Shown piece by piece: positions 17,177-26,919 of a stretch of 64,000 nt of DNA. The DNA is from an uncultured Candidatus Saccharibacteria bacterium (GTDB taxonomy: Bacteria; Patescibacteriota; Saccharimonadia; CAILAD01; JADZBC01), in assembly GCA_964600985.1 (NCBI GenBank), contig CAZRJR010000002.1, positions 104,867 to 168,866 of the forward strand, given 5' to 3'. The notes under the pieces are model-generated. The model worked only from the letters and a program-made list of their open reading frames with translations, had not been told where the DNA came from and did no database searches. Numbering within the stretch: the first letter of the stretch is position 1; each line of letters starts with the position of its first letter. A program made the position numbers and the translations under genes.

Positions 17177-18238
17177 ATGGATTTAACACCCAAACAGCAA
17201 ACAACTGAACTTATTCGTCAGGCACAAAACATACTGATTGTGACTGGACGTGAGCCAAACAACGACCAGCTGGCTAGCGCCGTTGGCTTGCAGGCCGTAC
17301 TTACTAAACTGGGCAAGGTAGCTAATGTGGTAATCACCGACTCCTTACCTAAGATTGCTAGCGTGCTAGACACCTCTATGGTGGCTCGAGATATGCAGGG
17401 CGTGCGTGACTTTATAATCAGCATCGATATGCGCAACACCGAGGTGGATAAGGTGAAATACGACGTAGTGGACAGCCGTCTAGACGTAACCGTAACGCCT
17501 CATGGTGGCAACTACACGGCCAGTGATGTGAGCTTTGGCTACGGCGCTTACCAATTTGATTTGGTAATTGCCCTTGGTGTGCCGAGTATATTCAAACTCG
17601 ACCGCTTGCACGAAGCGAACCCAACTATATTTGACGGCTTGCACCTAATTAACATCGACTACCACCGCATTAATGAAAACTACGGTAGTGTAAACCTGGT
17701 GGATCCATCGGCTACTTGTGTGGCTGAAATACTAATTTCAACCATCGAATCACTTGGCCAGGGTATGATCGACGCGCCAATTGCCACGGCATTCCTCGCC
17801 AGCTTTATGTCGGCTACGGCAAACTTTACTGCGCCAGCGACTACCGCCAAGGCTCTTACGATTGCTGCACAAATGATGTCCGCCGGCGCTAAACAGCAAG
17901 AAATTGTAAAAGCCCTAGGATCGTCCAACAAATCGAGTGACAAACCATCGGGCGCTAAAGGTGAACCAAGCAAGATTTACTCACAGGCCAAACAACCGCA
18001 AAAACCGGCCAAGCCACAAAGCGATGATGCAGAATCTAAATCCAGCAAGTCTGAGCAAGAATCTGCTGAAGTTGTCGAAGCTAAAGCTGCTCATGACGAA
18101 GCGGCAACTACAGAAGTATCAGAACAGCCAGGTAAGCAAGTTGGGCCGTGGTCGGGCCGCATAGAGGGCTCAAATGGTGCCAAGTTCTCGGTGCGTAGCG
18201 AGGCCGCAGAGGCGCCCAAAAGCCCACTCGAAGGCTAA
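17177..18238 (+). CDS. DHH/DHHA1-like phosphoesterase homolog (NrnA-like) with degenerate catalytic motifs and a K/S/E-rich tail
   Basis: The architecture resembles NrnA. Motif I reads GREPNND instead of HxxPDxD, motif III reads DYH instead of DHH, and no GGGH was seen. Confidence 0.4.
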   Translation: MDLTPKQQTTELIRQAQNILIVTGREPNNDQLASAVGLQAVLTKLGKVANVVITDSLPKIASVLDTSMVARDMQGVRDFIISIDMRNTEVDKVKYDVVDSRLDVTVTPHGGNYTASDVSFGYGAYQFDLVIALGVPSIFKLDRLHEANPTIFDGLHLINIDYHRINENYGSVNLVDPSATCVAEILISTIESLGQGMIDAPIATAFLASFMSATANFTAPATTAKALTIAAQMMSAGAKQQEIVKALGSSNKSSDKPSGAKGEPSKIYSQAKQPQKPAKPQSDDAESKSSKSEQESAEVVEAKAAHDEAATTEVSEQPGKQVGPWSGRIEGSNGAKFSVRSEAAEAPKSPLEG

Positions 18239-18244
18239 GTTAGC

Positions 18245-18250
18245 TATACT
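18245..18250 (+). promoter_or_regulatory. -10 hexamer TATACT 6 nt upstream of the truB ATG (leaderless arrangement)
   Basis: TATACT-gtagct-ATG(18257). Confidence 0.4.
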
Positions 18251-18256
18251 GTAGCT

Positions 18257-18904
18257 ATGAACGGCAAAACTGTTACTGGCGAGGGCGTATGGTTGGTGCA
18301 CAAGCCACGAGGTATGAGCTCGTTTGGTGTGGTGGCACGGGTACGTCGGCTAACTGGCATACGCAAGGTAGGCCATGCCGGTACACTCGACCCACAGGCT
18401 GAAGGGCTAATGATCATATTGGTCGGCAAAGACTATACGCGTCAGGCGGATAGCTTTTTGAAGCTAGGCAAAGAGTACGTGGCTGAGGCTACGCTGGGTT
18501 TAACAAGCTCCACAGGGGATAGTGAGGGCGAATTGACCAAAACCTCGCCCAAACAACCGACTCGAAGTGAAGTAGCTGCTGTACTCAAGAGCTTCGAGGG
18601 CGACAGCTTGCAAACGCCGCCTGCCTACTCGGCCATTAAGGTAGCGGGCCAACGAGCTTACAAACTCGCTCGAGCTGGTAAAGAGGTGACTCTAGAGCCG
18701 CGCAAGGTGCACATTGGCGCCATGGAGCTCATCGACTACACATACCCCAAGCTAACCTTTCGAGCGCAGGTATCGAGCGGCACGTACGTACGGAGTTTGG
18801 TCGAGGATATTGGTTCGCAGCTCGGTACTGGCGCCTATATGAGCGCACTCACCAGGACGCAAATTGGCGAGTATAAACTAGCGGACGCTAGCTGTATTGA
18901 TTAG
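18257..18904 (+). CDS. truB: tRNA pseudouridine(55) synthase
   Basis: It has the GMSSFGVVARVRRLTGIRKVGHAGTLDP catalytic Asp motif. Confidence 0.9.
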   Translation: MNGKTVTGEGVWLVHKPRGMSSFGVVARVRRLTGIRKVGHAGTLDPQAEGLMIILVGKDYTRQADSFLKLGKEYVAEATLGLTSSTGDSEGELTKTSPKQPTRSEVAAVLKSFEGDSLQTPPAYSAIKVAGQRAYKLARAGKEVTLEPRKVHIGAMELIDYTYPKLTFRAQVSSGTYVRSLVEDIGSQLGTGAYMSALTRTQIGEYKLADASCID

Positions 18905-18934
18905 TAGGGCAGAATCTGCTATATTGTGTAGGCA

Positions 18935-19201
18935 ATGTTACAAACTACAGAGAAGAAATCACTCATAAAGACACACGCTGTGCACGGCAAAGACACTGGT
19001 TCGGCCGAGGTTCAGATTGCTTTATTTACCGAAAAGATTAAGCAGCTTACGGAACACCTTAAGGTTCATAAGGGGGACAATCACTCCCGTCGTGGCTTGC
19101 TAGCTATGGTAAGTAAGCGCCGTCGTTTGCTTGATTACTTGCAGAAGAAAGACGCCAAACGCTACGAAGCTATCGTGGCCAAGCTTAAGTTACGTCGCTA
19201 G
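18935..19201 (+). CDS. rpsO: 30S ribosomal protein S15
   Basis: It has the [25 protein letters not shown] motif, encodes 88 aa and lies upstream of pnp. Confidence 0.92.
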   Translation: MLQTTEKKSLIKTHAVHGKDTGSAEVQIALFTEKIKQLTEHLKVHKGDNHSRRGLLAMVSKRRRLLDYLQKKDAKRYEAIVAKLKLRR

Positions 19202-19370
19202 ATCCTGATGCACTTCGGTGTATAGAGTTTGCAACTACCGTTATTTGAGAACGAATACATAATTTGCTCGGAAATGTAGGTGATAGAGTTAAGTGATCAA
19301 AAGTTGATCAATTGTCTCTGGCACTTATAGCCGAGTACTCTTTGCAATGACAAGAGAGAATAGGAGAAGC

Positions 19371-21524
19371 ATGGAGATTATCCATCCATTTGGTGGTAAA
19401 ACTCAAGTTTTTACAACACAATTTGCGGGCCGAGAGCTCACTATAGAAACAGGCAAGATCGCCTTTATGGCCGATGGTGCAGTCACTGTGCGTTACGGTG
19501 ACACGGTAGTAATGGCAACTGCCACTACCTCAGCTGAACCAAGAGAGGGAGTCGATTTCTTCCCGCTTATGGTGGACTACGAGGAACGCATGTATGCAGC
19601 TGGCAAAATATCTGGTAGTAGATTCGTAAAGCGCGAAGGTCGCCCTAGTGAGCAGGCTATATTAACAAGTCGCTTGATTGACCGACCGATTCGGCCACTG
19701 TTTCCTAAGGGTTATCGTAATGACGTGCAGGTAGTTGTGGTAGTGTTGAGTGCTGATTTGGAGCACAGCCCCGACATCGTTAGCATTATAGCGGCTTCGA
19801 GCGCGCTGATGCTTTCGGGTGCGCCATTCGATGGTCCGGTGGCGGCTTGCCGTATCGCTATGTCTACGGATGGTGATTTGATTGCATACCCAACCACTGA
19901 ACAGTTGGTGGCTAGTAAGTTAAACTTAACTGTCGCCGGTACACGCGACGCTATTATGATGGTCGAAGCGGAAGCCAACGAGGTGGATGAGGGCACCATC
20001 ACCGAGGCTTTGGAGCTCGCCAAGCAAACTTGGCAGCCGGTTGTAGACTTGCAGGAGGAAATGGCTAAAGCAGTTGGTGTGAGCAAACAAGAGTTTGAAC
20101 TGCACATGCCCGAATCAGAAGTTGTAGCTCAAGTAGCGAAACTTTTGCAGGATAAATTGGGCGATGGGGTACGCCACAAGGATGCGCGCAAGCGTGATGA
20201 GACACTTGCTGAGTTGCGCCAACACGTCCTCGACGAGCTGGCTTTCCTAGAAGACAACCCGACCGACGAAGCTAACCAGGGGCGGTTTGCTCGAGCGGAG
20301 GTAAAAGCAGCCTTTACCAAGGTGATAGATATGGAAATCCGCCGCGCGATACTCGAAGACGGCGCCCGGCCAGACGGACGAGCAACTACCGAAATCCGTC
20401 CTATAAGCGGCCAAACAGGCTTGCTGCCACGCACGCATGGTTCAGCACTGTTTACCCGTGGTAGTACGCAAGCCCTTAGTGTAGTTACACTGGGTCCCGC
20501 AAGTGATGCTCAGCTGATTGACACTATGGAAGAAGACGCTAAAAAGCGCTATATGCACCACTACAACTTTCCGCCTTACTCAACTGGCGAGGCCAAGCCA
20601 ATGCGTTCGGCCGGGCGGCGCGAAATTGGCCACGGCTACTTAGCCGAAAAGGCTTTGAGCGCCGTTATTCCTGCCCAAGAGGAATTTCCGTACACCATCC
20701 GTGTTGTATCTGAAATCCTCAGTTCGAACGGTTCTACTTCTATGGCTAGTGTGTGTGGTTCTACCCTAAGCCTCATGGATGCTGGTGTGCCAATCAGCAA
20801 GCCAGTAGCTGGCATTGCTATGGGGCTAGTACTGGATCATGGCAAGCCGGGCAAGTACGTAATTCTTTCGGACATTCAGGGTACGGAAGACTTTGCGGGT
20901 GATATGGACTTCAAGGTGGCGGGTACTGATGCTGGAATTACCGCTCTGCAAATGGATATAAAGGTTAAAGGCATTACCATAGAGATTATGCAGGCGGCTT
21001 TGGCCCAGGCGCTTGAAGGCCGTAAGCACATAATGGGCAAACTCCTAGCAATTCTCGACGCGCCACGTGCCGAGCTCAGCCCATATGCTCCGCGTATTAC
21101 TAAGCTTATGATTAACCCCGATAAGATTCGCGAAGTAATTGGTAAGGGTGGCGAAATGATCAATCGAATCATCGACGAAACTGGTGTGGAGATCGATATC
21201 GACGACACTGGACTCGTCATGATCGCTGCGGTCGACGAAGCGCAAGCCAAGGCGGCCAAGGAATGGATCGAAATGCTGGTAGCCGAACCAGAAGTTGGCA
21301 GGGTGTATAAGGGTAAAGTAGTTCGCCTGATGGACTTCGGTGCCTTTATGGAAATTATGCCTGGCCGAGACGGCTTGCTACACATTAGCCAGATATCCGA
21401 CGAGCGCGTAGACAACATTCATGATGTGCTCAAGGAAGGTGATGAATTCGAAGTTAAACTTGTCGAGATTGATTCGCAGGGTCGGTTAAATTTAAGCAAA
21501 AAGGCGATCCAGAAAGGTTCCTAG
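19371..21524 (+). CDS. pnp: Polynucleotide phosphorylase
   Basis: It has two RNase PH domains, a KH domain and an S1 domain. AGGAG lies upstream of the 19371 ATG. An alternative ATG is at 19347. Confidence 0.92.
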   Translation: MEIIHPFGGKTQVFTTQFAGRELTIETGKIAFMADGAVTVRYGDTVVMATATTSAEPREGVDFFPLMVDYEERMYAAGKISGSRFVKREGRPSEQAILTSRLIDRPIRPLFPKGYRNDVQVVVVVLSADLEHSPDIVSIIAASSALMLSGAPFDGPVAACRIAMSTDGDLIAYPTTEQLVASKLNLTVAGTRDAIMMVEAEANEVDEGTITEALELAKQTWQPVVDLQEEMAKAVGVSKQEFELHMPESEVVAQVAKLLQDKLGDGVRHKDARKRDETLAELRQHVLDELAFLEDNPTDEANQGRFARAEVKAAFTKVIDMEIRRAILEDGARPDGRATTEIRPISGQTGLLPRTHGSALFTRGSTQALSVVTLGPASDAQLIDTMEEDAKKRYMHHYNFPPYSTGEAKPMRSAGRREIGHGYLAEKALSAVIPAQEEFPYTIRVVSEILSSNGSTSMASVCGSTLSLMDAGVPISKPVAGIAMGLVLDHGKPGKYVILSDIQGTEDFAGDMDFKVAGTDAGITALQMDIKVKGITIEIMQAALAQALEGRKHIMGKLLAILDAPRAELSPYAPRITKLMINPDKIREVIGKGGEMINRIIDETGVEIDIDDTGLVMIAAVDEAQAKAAKEWIEMLVAEPEVGRVYKGKVVRLMDFGAFMEIMPGRDGLLHISQISDERVDNIHDVLKEGDEFEVKLVEIDSQGRLNLSKKAIQKGS

Positions 21525-21534
21525 TACCTACCGT

Positions 21535-22131
21535 ATGGCACTCAAGCAAGATCAGCTCGAAGCAATTGCCCAGCGCATTACTAGCCGAGAACTTGATATT
21601 GCCATAGCTCAAGAATGTCTTAATCCTGTGCCCGGCGAGGGTAGCCCAGAAGCAGATGTAATGTTTGTGGGTGAAGCCCCCGGGGCACAGGAAGACCGCG
21701 AGGGTAGACCGTTCGTGGGTGCTAGTGGAAAGTTCTTGGGCGAAATGCTCGAATCAATCAGTCTTAGCCGCGAGCAGGTGTTTATAACCAACATTGTGAA
21801 GTTTCGCCCACCCGACAACCGTGACCCGAACCAAGAAGAAATTAAGGCCTGTCTACCGTACCTAATAGAGCAAATTCGTGTTATTCAGCCAAAGTTGGTA
21901 GTGTTTTTAGGTCGGCATTCCATGAATGTGTTCTTCCCGGAGCTTAAAATCAGTGCGGCTCATGGGCATGCACTTAAACGTACGGTACATGTTGGTGGTC
22001 TCGAGCTCAAAGACCAAGTCTTTTTGCCACTGTACCACCCAGCAGCTGCGCTCTATAACGGCGGCATGCGCGCCACGCTGCAAGAGGACTTTGCCAAGAT
22101 TCCCACGATTCTTACTAAATTGTCATTGTGA
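21535..22131 (+). CDS. Uracil-DNA glycosylase, family 4
   Basis: Family-4 UDG motifs [25 protein letters not shown] and HPAAAL are present. Confidence 0.8.
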   Translation: MALKQDQLEAIAQRITSRELDIAIAQECLNPVPGEGSPEADVMFVGEAPGAQEDREGRPFVGASGKFLGEMLESISLSREQVFITNIVKFRPPDNRDPNQEEIKACLPYLIEQIRVIQPKLVVFLGRHSMNVFFPELKISAAHGHALKRTVHVGGLELKDQVFLPLYHPAAALYNGGMRATLQEDFAKIPTILTKLSL

Positions 22132-22232
22132 ATGAAATTCAGGGTCTCTCGCTACTAGCGTAGTAGAGATCAGGGATTCTGAACTAAATTCGGAATGAAC
22201 TCATCAATAACGAAAGGAAATAACAATATATT

Positions 22233-24302
22233 ATGAGTAACGAACTGACATCAAGACCGCTTAGAGCCGAAGACATCGGTATGCCTGAGCGTTCACAATC
22301 TAAAACAGCTTCGGCGCGCGAGTCCCTTACTCGTCGGCCCGGGGTATCTTCGAATGCTTCCGCCACTGCAGCGGCTAAGCCGGCTGGCAATAGCCAGAGT
22401 AGTAATCGCGGAAGTAGCGGTAATGGCAATGGCAATCGTCAACGTGGTGGCCGACCAGGCCAGGGCGGTGGCAATCGTGGCAATGGCGGCCGAATGGGTG
22501 GAGGTCGCCCAGGTGGTCCACGCCGTGGGCGAGACAGCAAAGCCAACTACGTAACTGGTAGCTTCAACCAAAACAGCAATGGGCCCAAGGTAAGCCGGGC
22601 TCAAACGTCCAAGGCCGATATGGGTAAGCTCAAGATTATCCCACTTGGTGGCTTGGGCGAAATTGGCAAAAACGTAATGGCGCTCGAGTATGAAGACGAC
22701 ATTATTGTGCTAGACCTTGGTTTTGCCTTCCCAGGCGACGATCAGCCGGGCATTGACCTGATTGTGCCAGACGTAACGTACCTCGAGGAGCGCAAGCACA
22801 AAATCCGTGGGCACTTTATAACCCACGCCCACGAGGACCACGTGGGTGGCGTGCCGTTCTTGCTACCCAAACTACCAGCCCCAATTTATGGCGCTAAGTT
22901 TAGCATTAAGTTTATAGAGCGCAAGCTCGAGGAATACAAACTGCCGTTCAAGCCAGACTTGCGTATTGTTGATCAAGACACCGGCGAGCGCATTCAGGCG
23001 GGTGTGTTTAGTGTAGAATTTATTCGCATTACTCACTCTATACCCGATGCTTGTGCACTAGCTATTCGTACACCACTTGGTACGATCATAGATACCGGTG
23101 ACTGGCGCTTCGAGGAAAACCCAATTGATGGCAAGCCGTCGAACAAAGAACGACTCAAGCAGCTGGGGGACGAGGGCGTGCTTATGCTCATGAGTGATAG
23201 TACCAACTGTGAGGTAGTGGGTAAATCACCGACCGAGCAGGGAATTGTAGAGACTCTGGATGAGATTATGGTGCGTAATTACAACAAGCGAACTATCATC
23301 GCTTCGTTTGGCTCGCAGGTAACGCGTATGCAGATTGTGGTCGACGCTACAGTAAAGGCTAAACGTAAGTTAGTAGTACTCGGTCGTAGCATGGTCAATA
23401 ACCTAGAGCTTGCTATGAAGCTAGGCTATATTAAGGTTCCGCCTGGCACCTTGGTAAAAGGCCAAGAGATGAACAAGTATCAGGATGGTGAGATTGCTAT
23501 TCTTACCACTGGCTCCCAGGGTGAAGAATTCTCAGCTCTGCAGCGCATGGGCCGAGGTGAACACCGCGATGTAAAGCTTAAGGAAAACGATGTAGTAATT
23601 CTAAGCTCATCGATCATCCCTGGCAACGAAGAGTCGGTTTGGGGCATGGTAGACAATCTATTCCGCTGGGGTGCATATGTGTATCAGTCCAGCACTCGCG
23701 ACTTCGATAACTTAGGGATTATGCATACCACGGGGCATGCCTGGACCGAAGAGATCGAAGAAATGATTGATCTTGTACGACCCAAGTACTACCTGCCAAT
23801 CCACGGTGAACTCCACCACTTAGTACACAACGCTGAAATTGGTAAGCGCAAAGGCTACGACGACGACCATGTGTTTGTAATCGAAAACGGCCAAACCCTA
23901 GTCGCCGACAAAGAGGGGATCAAAAAGGGACCAATTGTACAAAATGGTATTGTGTTAATCGACGGAAATGGCATTGGCGACGTACAGGCAGTAGTACTTA
24001 ACGACCGTAAGGCCATGGGCTCTGATGGTATTTTTACTGCCATTGCTACCGTTGACCGCAAGACTGGCCGCCTCACTACTAGCCCGGACATCATAAGCCG
24101 TGGCTTCGTGTACATGAAGGACAATGAGGAGCTGATCAATAAGTCGCGCCAAATCGTGAAGAACATTTTTGACGGCCGCGACCGATCGACTCCACCAAGC
24201 TCGCTCATAGTCAAGACTCGCATGCGCGACGAGTTGTCGAACTACCTCTACAAGGTGACTAAGCGCAACCCGATTGTGGTGCCAGTAGTGATCGAGGTTT
24301 AG
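22233..24302 (+). CDS. rnj: Ribonuclease J (beta-CASP metallo-beta-lactamase) with an N-terminal Gly/Arg-rich extension
   Basis: It has the HAHEDHVGG motif, a beta-CASP region and about 100 aa of N-terminal RGG/GNG low complexity. Confidence 0.88.
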   Translation: MSNELTSRPLRAEDIGMPERSQSKTASARESLTRRPGVSSNASATAAAKPAGNSQSSNRGSSGNGNGNRQRGGRPGQGGGNRGNGGRMGGGRPGGPRRGRDSKANYVTGSFNQNSNGPKVSRAQTSKADMGKLKIIPLGGLGEIGKNVMALEYEDDIIVLDLGFAFPGDDQPGIDLIVPDVTYLEERKHKIRGHFITHAHEDHVGGVPFLLPKLPAPIYGAKFSIKFIERKLEEYKLPFKPDLRIVDQDTGERIQAGVFSVEFIRITHSIPDACALAIRTPLGTIIDTGDWRFEENPIDGKPSNKERLKQLGDEGVLMLMSDSTNCEVVGKSPTEQGIVETLDEIMVRNYNKRTIIASFGSQVTRMQIVVDATVKAKRKLVVLGRSMVNNLELAMKLGYIKVPPGTLVKGQEMNKYQDGEIAILTTGSQGEEFSALQRMGRGEHRDVKLKENDVVILSSSIIPGNEESVWGMVDNLFRWGAYVYQSSTRDFDNLGIMHTTGHAWTEEIEEMIDLVRPKYYLPIHGELHHLVHNAEIGKRKGYDDDHVFVIENGQTLVADKEGIKKGPIVQNGIVLIDGNGIGDVQAVVLNDRKAMGSDGIFTAIATVDRKTGRLTTSPDIISRGFVYMKDNEELINKSRQIVKNIFDGRDRSTPPSSLIVKTRMRDELSNYLYKVTKRNPIVVPVVIEV

Positions 24303-24303
24303 T

Positions 24304-24558
24304 GTGAATCTGGAGGGTGCACTCGGTCTTGTAGCGACCATGATTGTTATAGTGGGTAACGCGCCACAGGCGATTAAGGTGTGGCGTACACGCCAAACTC
24401 GAGATGTATCATTGGGTGGCTATCTATTGATCTCGCTTGCATGTATCGCGTGGGGAGCATATGCAATTCTTCGCGGCGATGCGTTCCTGCTTATGGCAAA
24501 CATGATTATTCTTTGTCTGGCTGGATCCGTAGTGATAGCTAAGTTGAAGTACAAGTAG
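24304..24558 (+). CDS. SemiSWEET / PQ-loop small sugar transporter
   Basis: It encodes 84 aa with 3 TM helices and a PQ motif (GNAPQAIKVW). A GTG start lies immediately after the rnj stop. Confidence 0.6.
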   Translation: MNLEGALGLVATMIVIVGNAPQAIKVWRTRQTRDVSLGGYLLISLACIAWGAYAILRGDAFLLMANMIILCLAGSVVIAKLKYK

Positions 24559-24561
24559 ATA

Positions 24562-24590
24562 TTGACAAATATGCATAATTACTATATAAT
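24562..24590 (+). promoter_or_regulatory. Near-consensus sigma-70 promoter driving a 140-nt structured leader
   Basis: TTGACA-17 nt-TATAAT. Confidence 0.55.
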
Positions 24591-24645
24591 GGTACGACTT
24601 TAGCTGAGCTAAGGTACCTTGCAAGGATAAAATAGTCAAGGTTTA

Positions 24646-24693
24646 GTAATGTGCTCTCCAGCTGTAAGAGCGTGCATTACTGGACCTTGTTTT
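24646..24693 (+). terminator. Leader hairpin plus U-tract, a candidate attenuator upstream of the small high-GC gene
   Basis: AGTAATGTGCTCT ccagctgtaa GAGCGTGCATTACT followed by GGACCTTGTTTTAA. Confidence 0.35.
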
Positions 24694-24747
24694 AACTCAA
24701 GGGATCAGTGAGTTCGCCCCAAAACCCAAAGACCCAGGAGGTCAAAA

Positions 24748-25029
24748 GTGGCGAAAGATAAGCTGCCGGTTCGTGTGCGCATTCCCGGCACGGACTACTT
24801 CGTCTGGCGTGAGGCCGAGGGCGAGAAGCAGTGTACGCACTGCCGAGTAACTCGGAGTTGCCTCTTTTCCTACGACGACAGCTGCAAGCCGTTCTGCAAC
24901 ATCCGCCACTGGATGATGCATGTGGTTTGCCAGTACGGAGTCGGCGGGAGTCGCATGGAGGACGAGACGGGCAAGCGGCCGCGTCGCCCCAAGCGTCGCC
25001 ACCTGACCGTGGCTGCCCACGCAAGCTGA
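24748..25029 (+). CDS. Small Cys-rich protein in a high-GC patch
   Basis: AGGAGG-N6-GTG. The 93-aa product has 6 Cys (CTHC...C...C...C...C). The gene is followed by a UUCG-tetraloop hairpin. Confidence 0.4.
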   Translation: MAKDKLPVRVRIPGTDYFVWREAEGEKQCTHCRVTRSCLFSYDDSCKPFCNIRHWMMHVVCQYGVGGSRMEDETGKRPRRPKRRHLTVAAHAS

Positions 25030-25032
25030 TCG

Positions 25033-25054
25033 GTGGGGGCCTTCGGGCCCCCAC
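25033..25054 (+). terminator. 9-bp GC hairpin with a TTCG loop and no U-tract
   Basis: GTGGGGGCC ttcg GGCCCCCAC. Confidence 0.4.
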
Positions 25055-25129
25055 ACAGCTCACTCAACCTTACATTCTATCCTTGCTTCTTCCCAAGTTC
25101 TCGAACCATCCGAGGCCTTAGGAGGAATG

Positions 25130-26878
25130 TTACAACTTTACTTTGCCGCTGGCGGACTGTAAGTCAAACAGCTTTTTGTATAGTCCAGTTTGGTTAATAA
25201 GCTCAGCGTGATTACCGCGCTCGGCTACCTTGCCTCCTTTGAGTACTAAGATCTCATCTGCATGCATAATTGTGCTCAGGCGGTGAGCAATTACGAGAGC
25301 ACTACGGCCAGCCATAAGCTTCTTGAGGCCATCTTGCACGAGGCGCTCAGACTCACTATCGAGAGCGCTGGTAGCTTCGTCTAGGATGATAAGCTGCGGA
25401 TCTTTGAGTATGGCGCGCGCAATTGCTATACGCTGCTTTTGCCCGCCAGAGAGCTTTACGCCACGCTCGCCCACGAGCGTTCTGTACTTTTTGGGTAGCT
25501 CGCTAATAAACTCGTCGGCGTGCGCTTGCTTGGCAGCGTGGATTATATTTTCCTTGCTGGCGCGCGCATTGGCCATGGCAAGGTTTTCTTGCACCGTAGC
25601 GTTAAACAGTGCCACGTCTTGCATGACCATGCCGATGTGTTGGCGAATGCTATCGGCCGTAAAGTCGCTTATGTCTTGACCATTAATGAGTATTTCGCCC
25701 TCAGTTGGCTCATAGAATCGTAACAACAGCTTGGTAATGGTAGATTTGCCAGTTCCGCTGGGGCCGACTAGTGCAACTGTCTTGTCGCCTTCGATCTTAA
25801 AGCTAATGTTATGTATTGCGCCCTTCTTACTGTCGGGGTAGGCGAAGCTCACGTTTTTAAACTCAATACTTTCGAGCGAGACAAGCGGCAAGGCATCGGC
25901 GCGGTCTACGATGGTTGGCTTAGTCTCTAAAATCTCAATCAACAGTCCTGCCGACACATCTGCTTCAGTTGTACTTTGCAGTATCCGCGCTATTGGATTG
26001 ATTGAGTTGGTAAGGTTTGACGCAAAATATGCAAATACAAAGATATCGGCAGGGGACAACTTACCATATATAGCCGAGAAGGTAGCGATTGCAATGGCAA
26101 CTACTCGATAGAAGTCCCCAAGCGCATCACGTGCTGTGTTGTAACGGCGCTGAATCTGGTTTGTGGTGTTGGAAAGGGTTAATACCTCTTCGTGATATTT
26201 CTGGTATCTGGTCTTAATGCGTGTTTCAGCTGAGAGAGATTTGACCATGGCTAGGTTAGAGATCGTCTCTGCCAATAGTCCTGAAGACTTGCTGCCAGCT
26301 TCTTGCCAATCCTTTATAAGTGGCTTCGTTAGCCTTGCCTTTCTTACTACCAAGAAAACCATGAGTGGGCCGAATAATAGAAGAAAGGTAAGTCCGGCCA
26401 CGACACTGCTCTTAAATATAACAATAAGTGCTATAACCATGAACGCGATGTTCGAAATAGTGTAAATAGCATTAAACAGCCAGTTGCGGAACTGAGAAAC
26501 TCCTTCGTTGATTTTCTGCATAATTTTGCCAGCACCTTGGTGCTCTGTGTGCGACGGCGAAAGTTCTAAGACTAAGTCCATTACTCGCGTCCTGACTTTA
26601 TATGCAACATCAATTCCAAGCCGATCTTGATATTTCTCCTGGAAGAATGTTGCGATATTACCTATTAATCCTGCAACGACCAGTACGAGTAGCCATACTA
26701 TTACGTCTGGGGTAACTTGTCCTTTGCTAGCTACTTTACTAATAATTGTGATGATTTGCTTAACCACGAGCGGCGTTAGCGCCTGCATAGCAGCAACAAG
26801 TGTACTTACAATCACAACAACCACGAGCTTCCAGAGGTAGTTATCTAGGTATTTATAGAGTTTAAATAAGTTCTTCAC
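25130..26878 (-). CDS. ABC transporter, fused permease/ATPase (MsbA-like exporter)
   Basis: It has 6 TM helices, Walker A GPSGTGKST, the signature LSGGQKQRIAIARAIL and Walker B LILDEATSALD. It has a GTG start. Confidence 0.9.
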   Translation of the reverse strand: MKNLFKLYKYLDNYLWKLVVVVIVSTLVAAMQALTPLVVKQIITIISKVASKGQVTPDVIVWLLVLVVAGLIGNIATFFQEKYQDRLGIDVAYKVRTRVMDLVLELSPSHTEHQGAGKIMQKINEGVSQFRNWLFNAIYTISNIAFMVIALIVIFKSSVVAGLTFLLLFGPLMVFLVVRKARLTKPLIKDWQEAGSKSSGLLAETISNLAMVKSLSAETRIKTRYQKYHEEVLTLSNTTNQIQRRYNTARDALGDFYRVVAIAIATFSAIYGKLSPADIFVFAYFASNLTNSINPIARILQSTTEADVSAGLLIEILETKPTIVDRADALPLVSLESIEFKNVSFAYPDSKKGAIHNISFKIEGDKTVALVGPSGTGKSTITKLLLRFYEPTEGEILINGQDISDFTADSIRQHIGMVMQDVALFNATVQENLAMANARASKENIIHAAKQAHADEFISELPKKYRTLVGERGVKLSGGQKQRIAIARAILKDPQLIILDEATSALDSESERLVQDGLKKLMAGRSALVIAHRLSTIMHADEILVLKGGKVAERGNHAELINQTGLYKKLFDLQSASGKVKL

Positions 26879-26919
26879 GTTTCTTAACTTTAGGCTAAGC
26901 GCTTATATTTGACAAGTCT

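Noticed and set aside
20876-21418. 180-aa minus-strand ORF inside pnp
   Set aside because: It is fully antisense to a highly conserved PNPase region and has no start signals.
22293-22604. 103-aa and 66-aa ORFs overlapping the rnj N-terminus
   Set aside because: They are artefacts of the GGN/CGN repeat region encoding the RGG tail.
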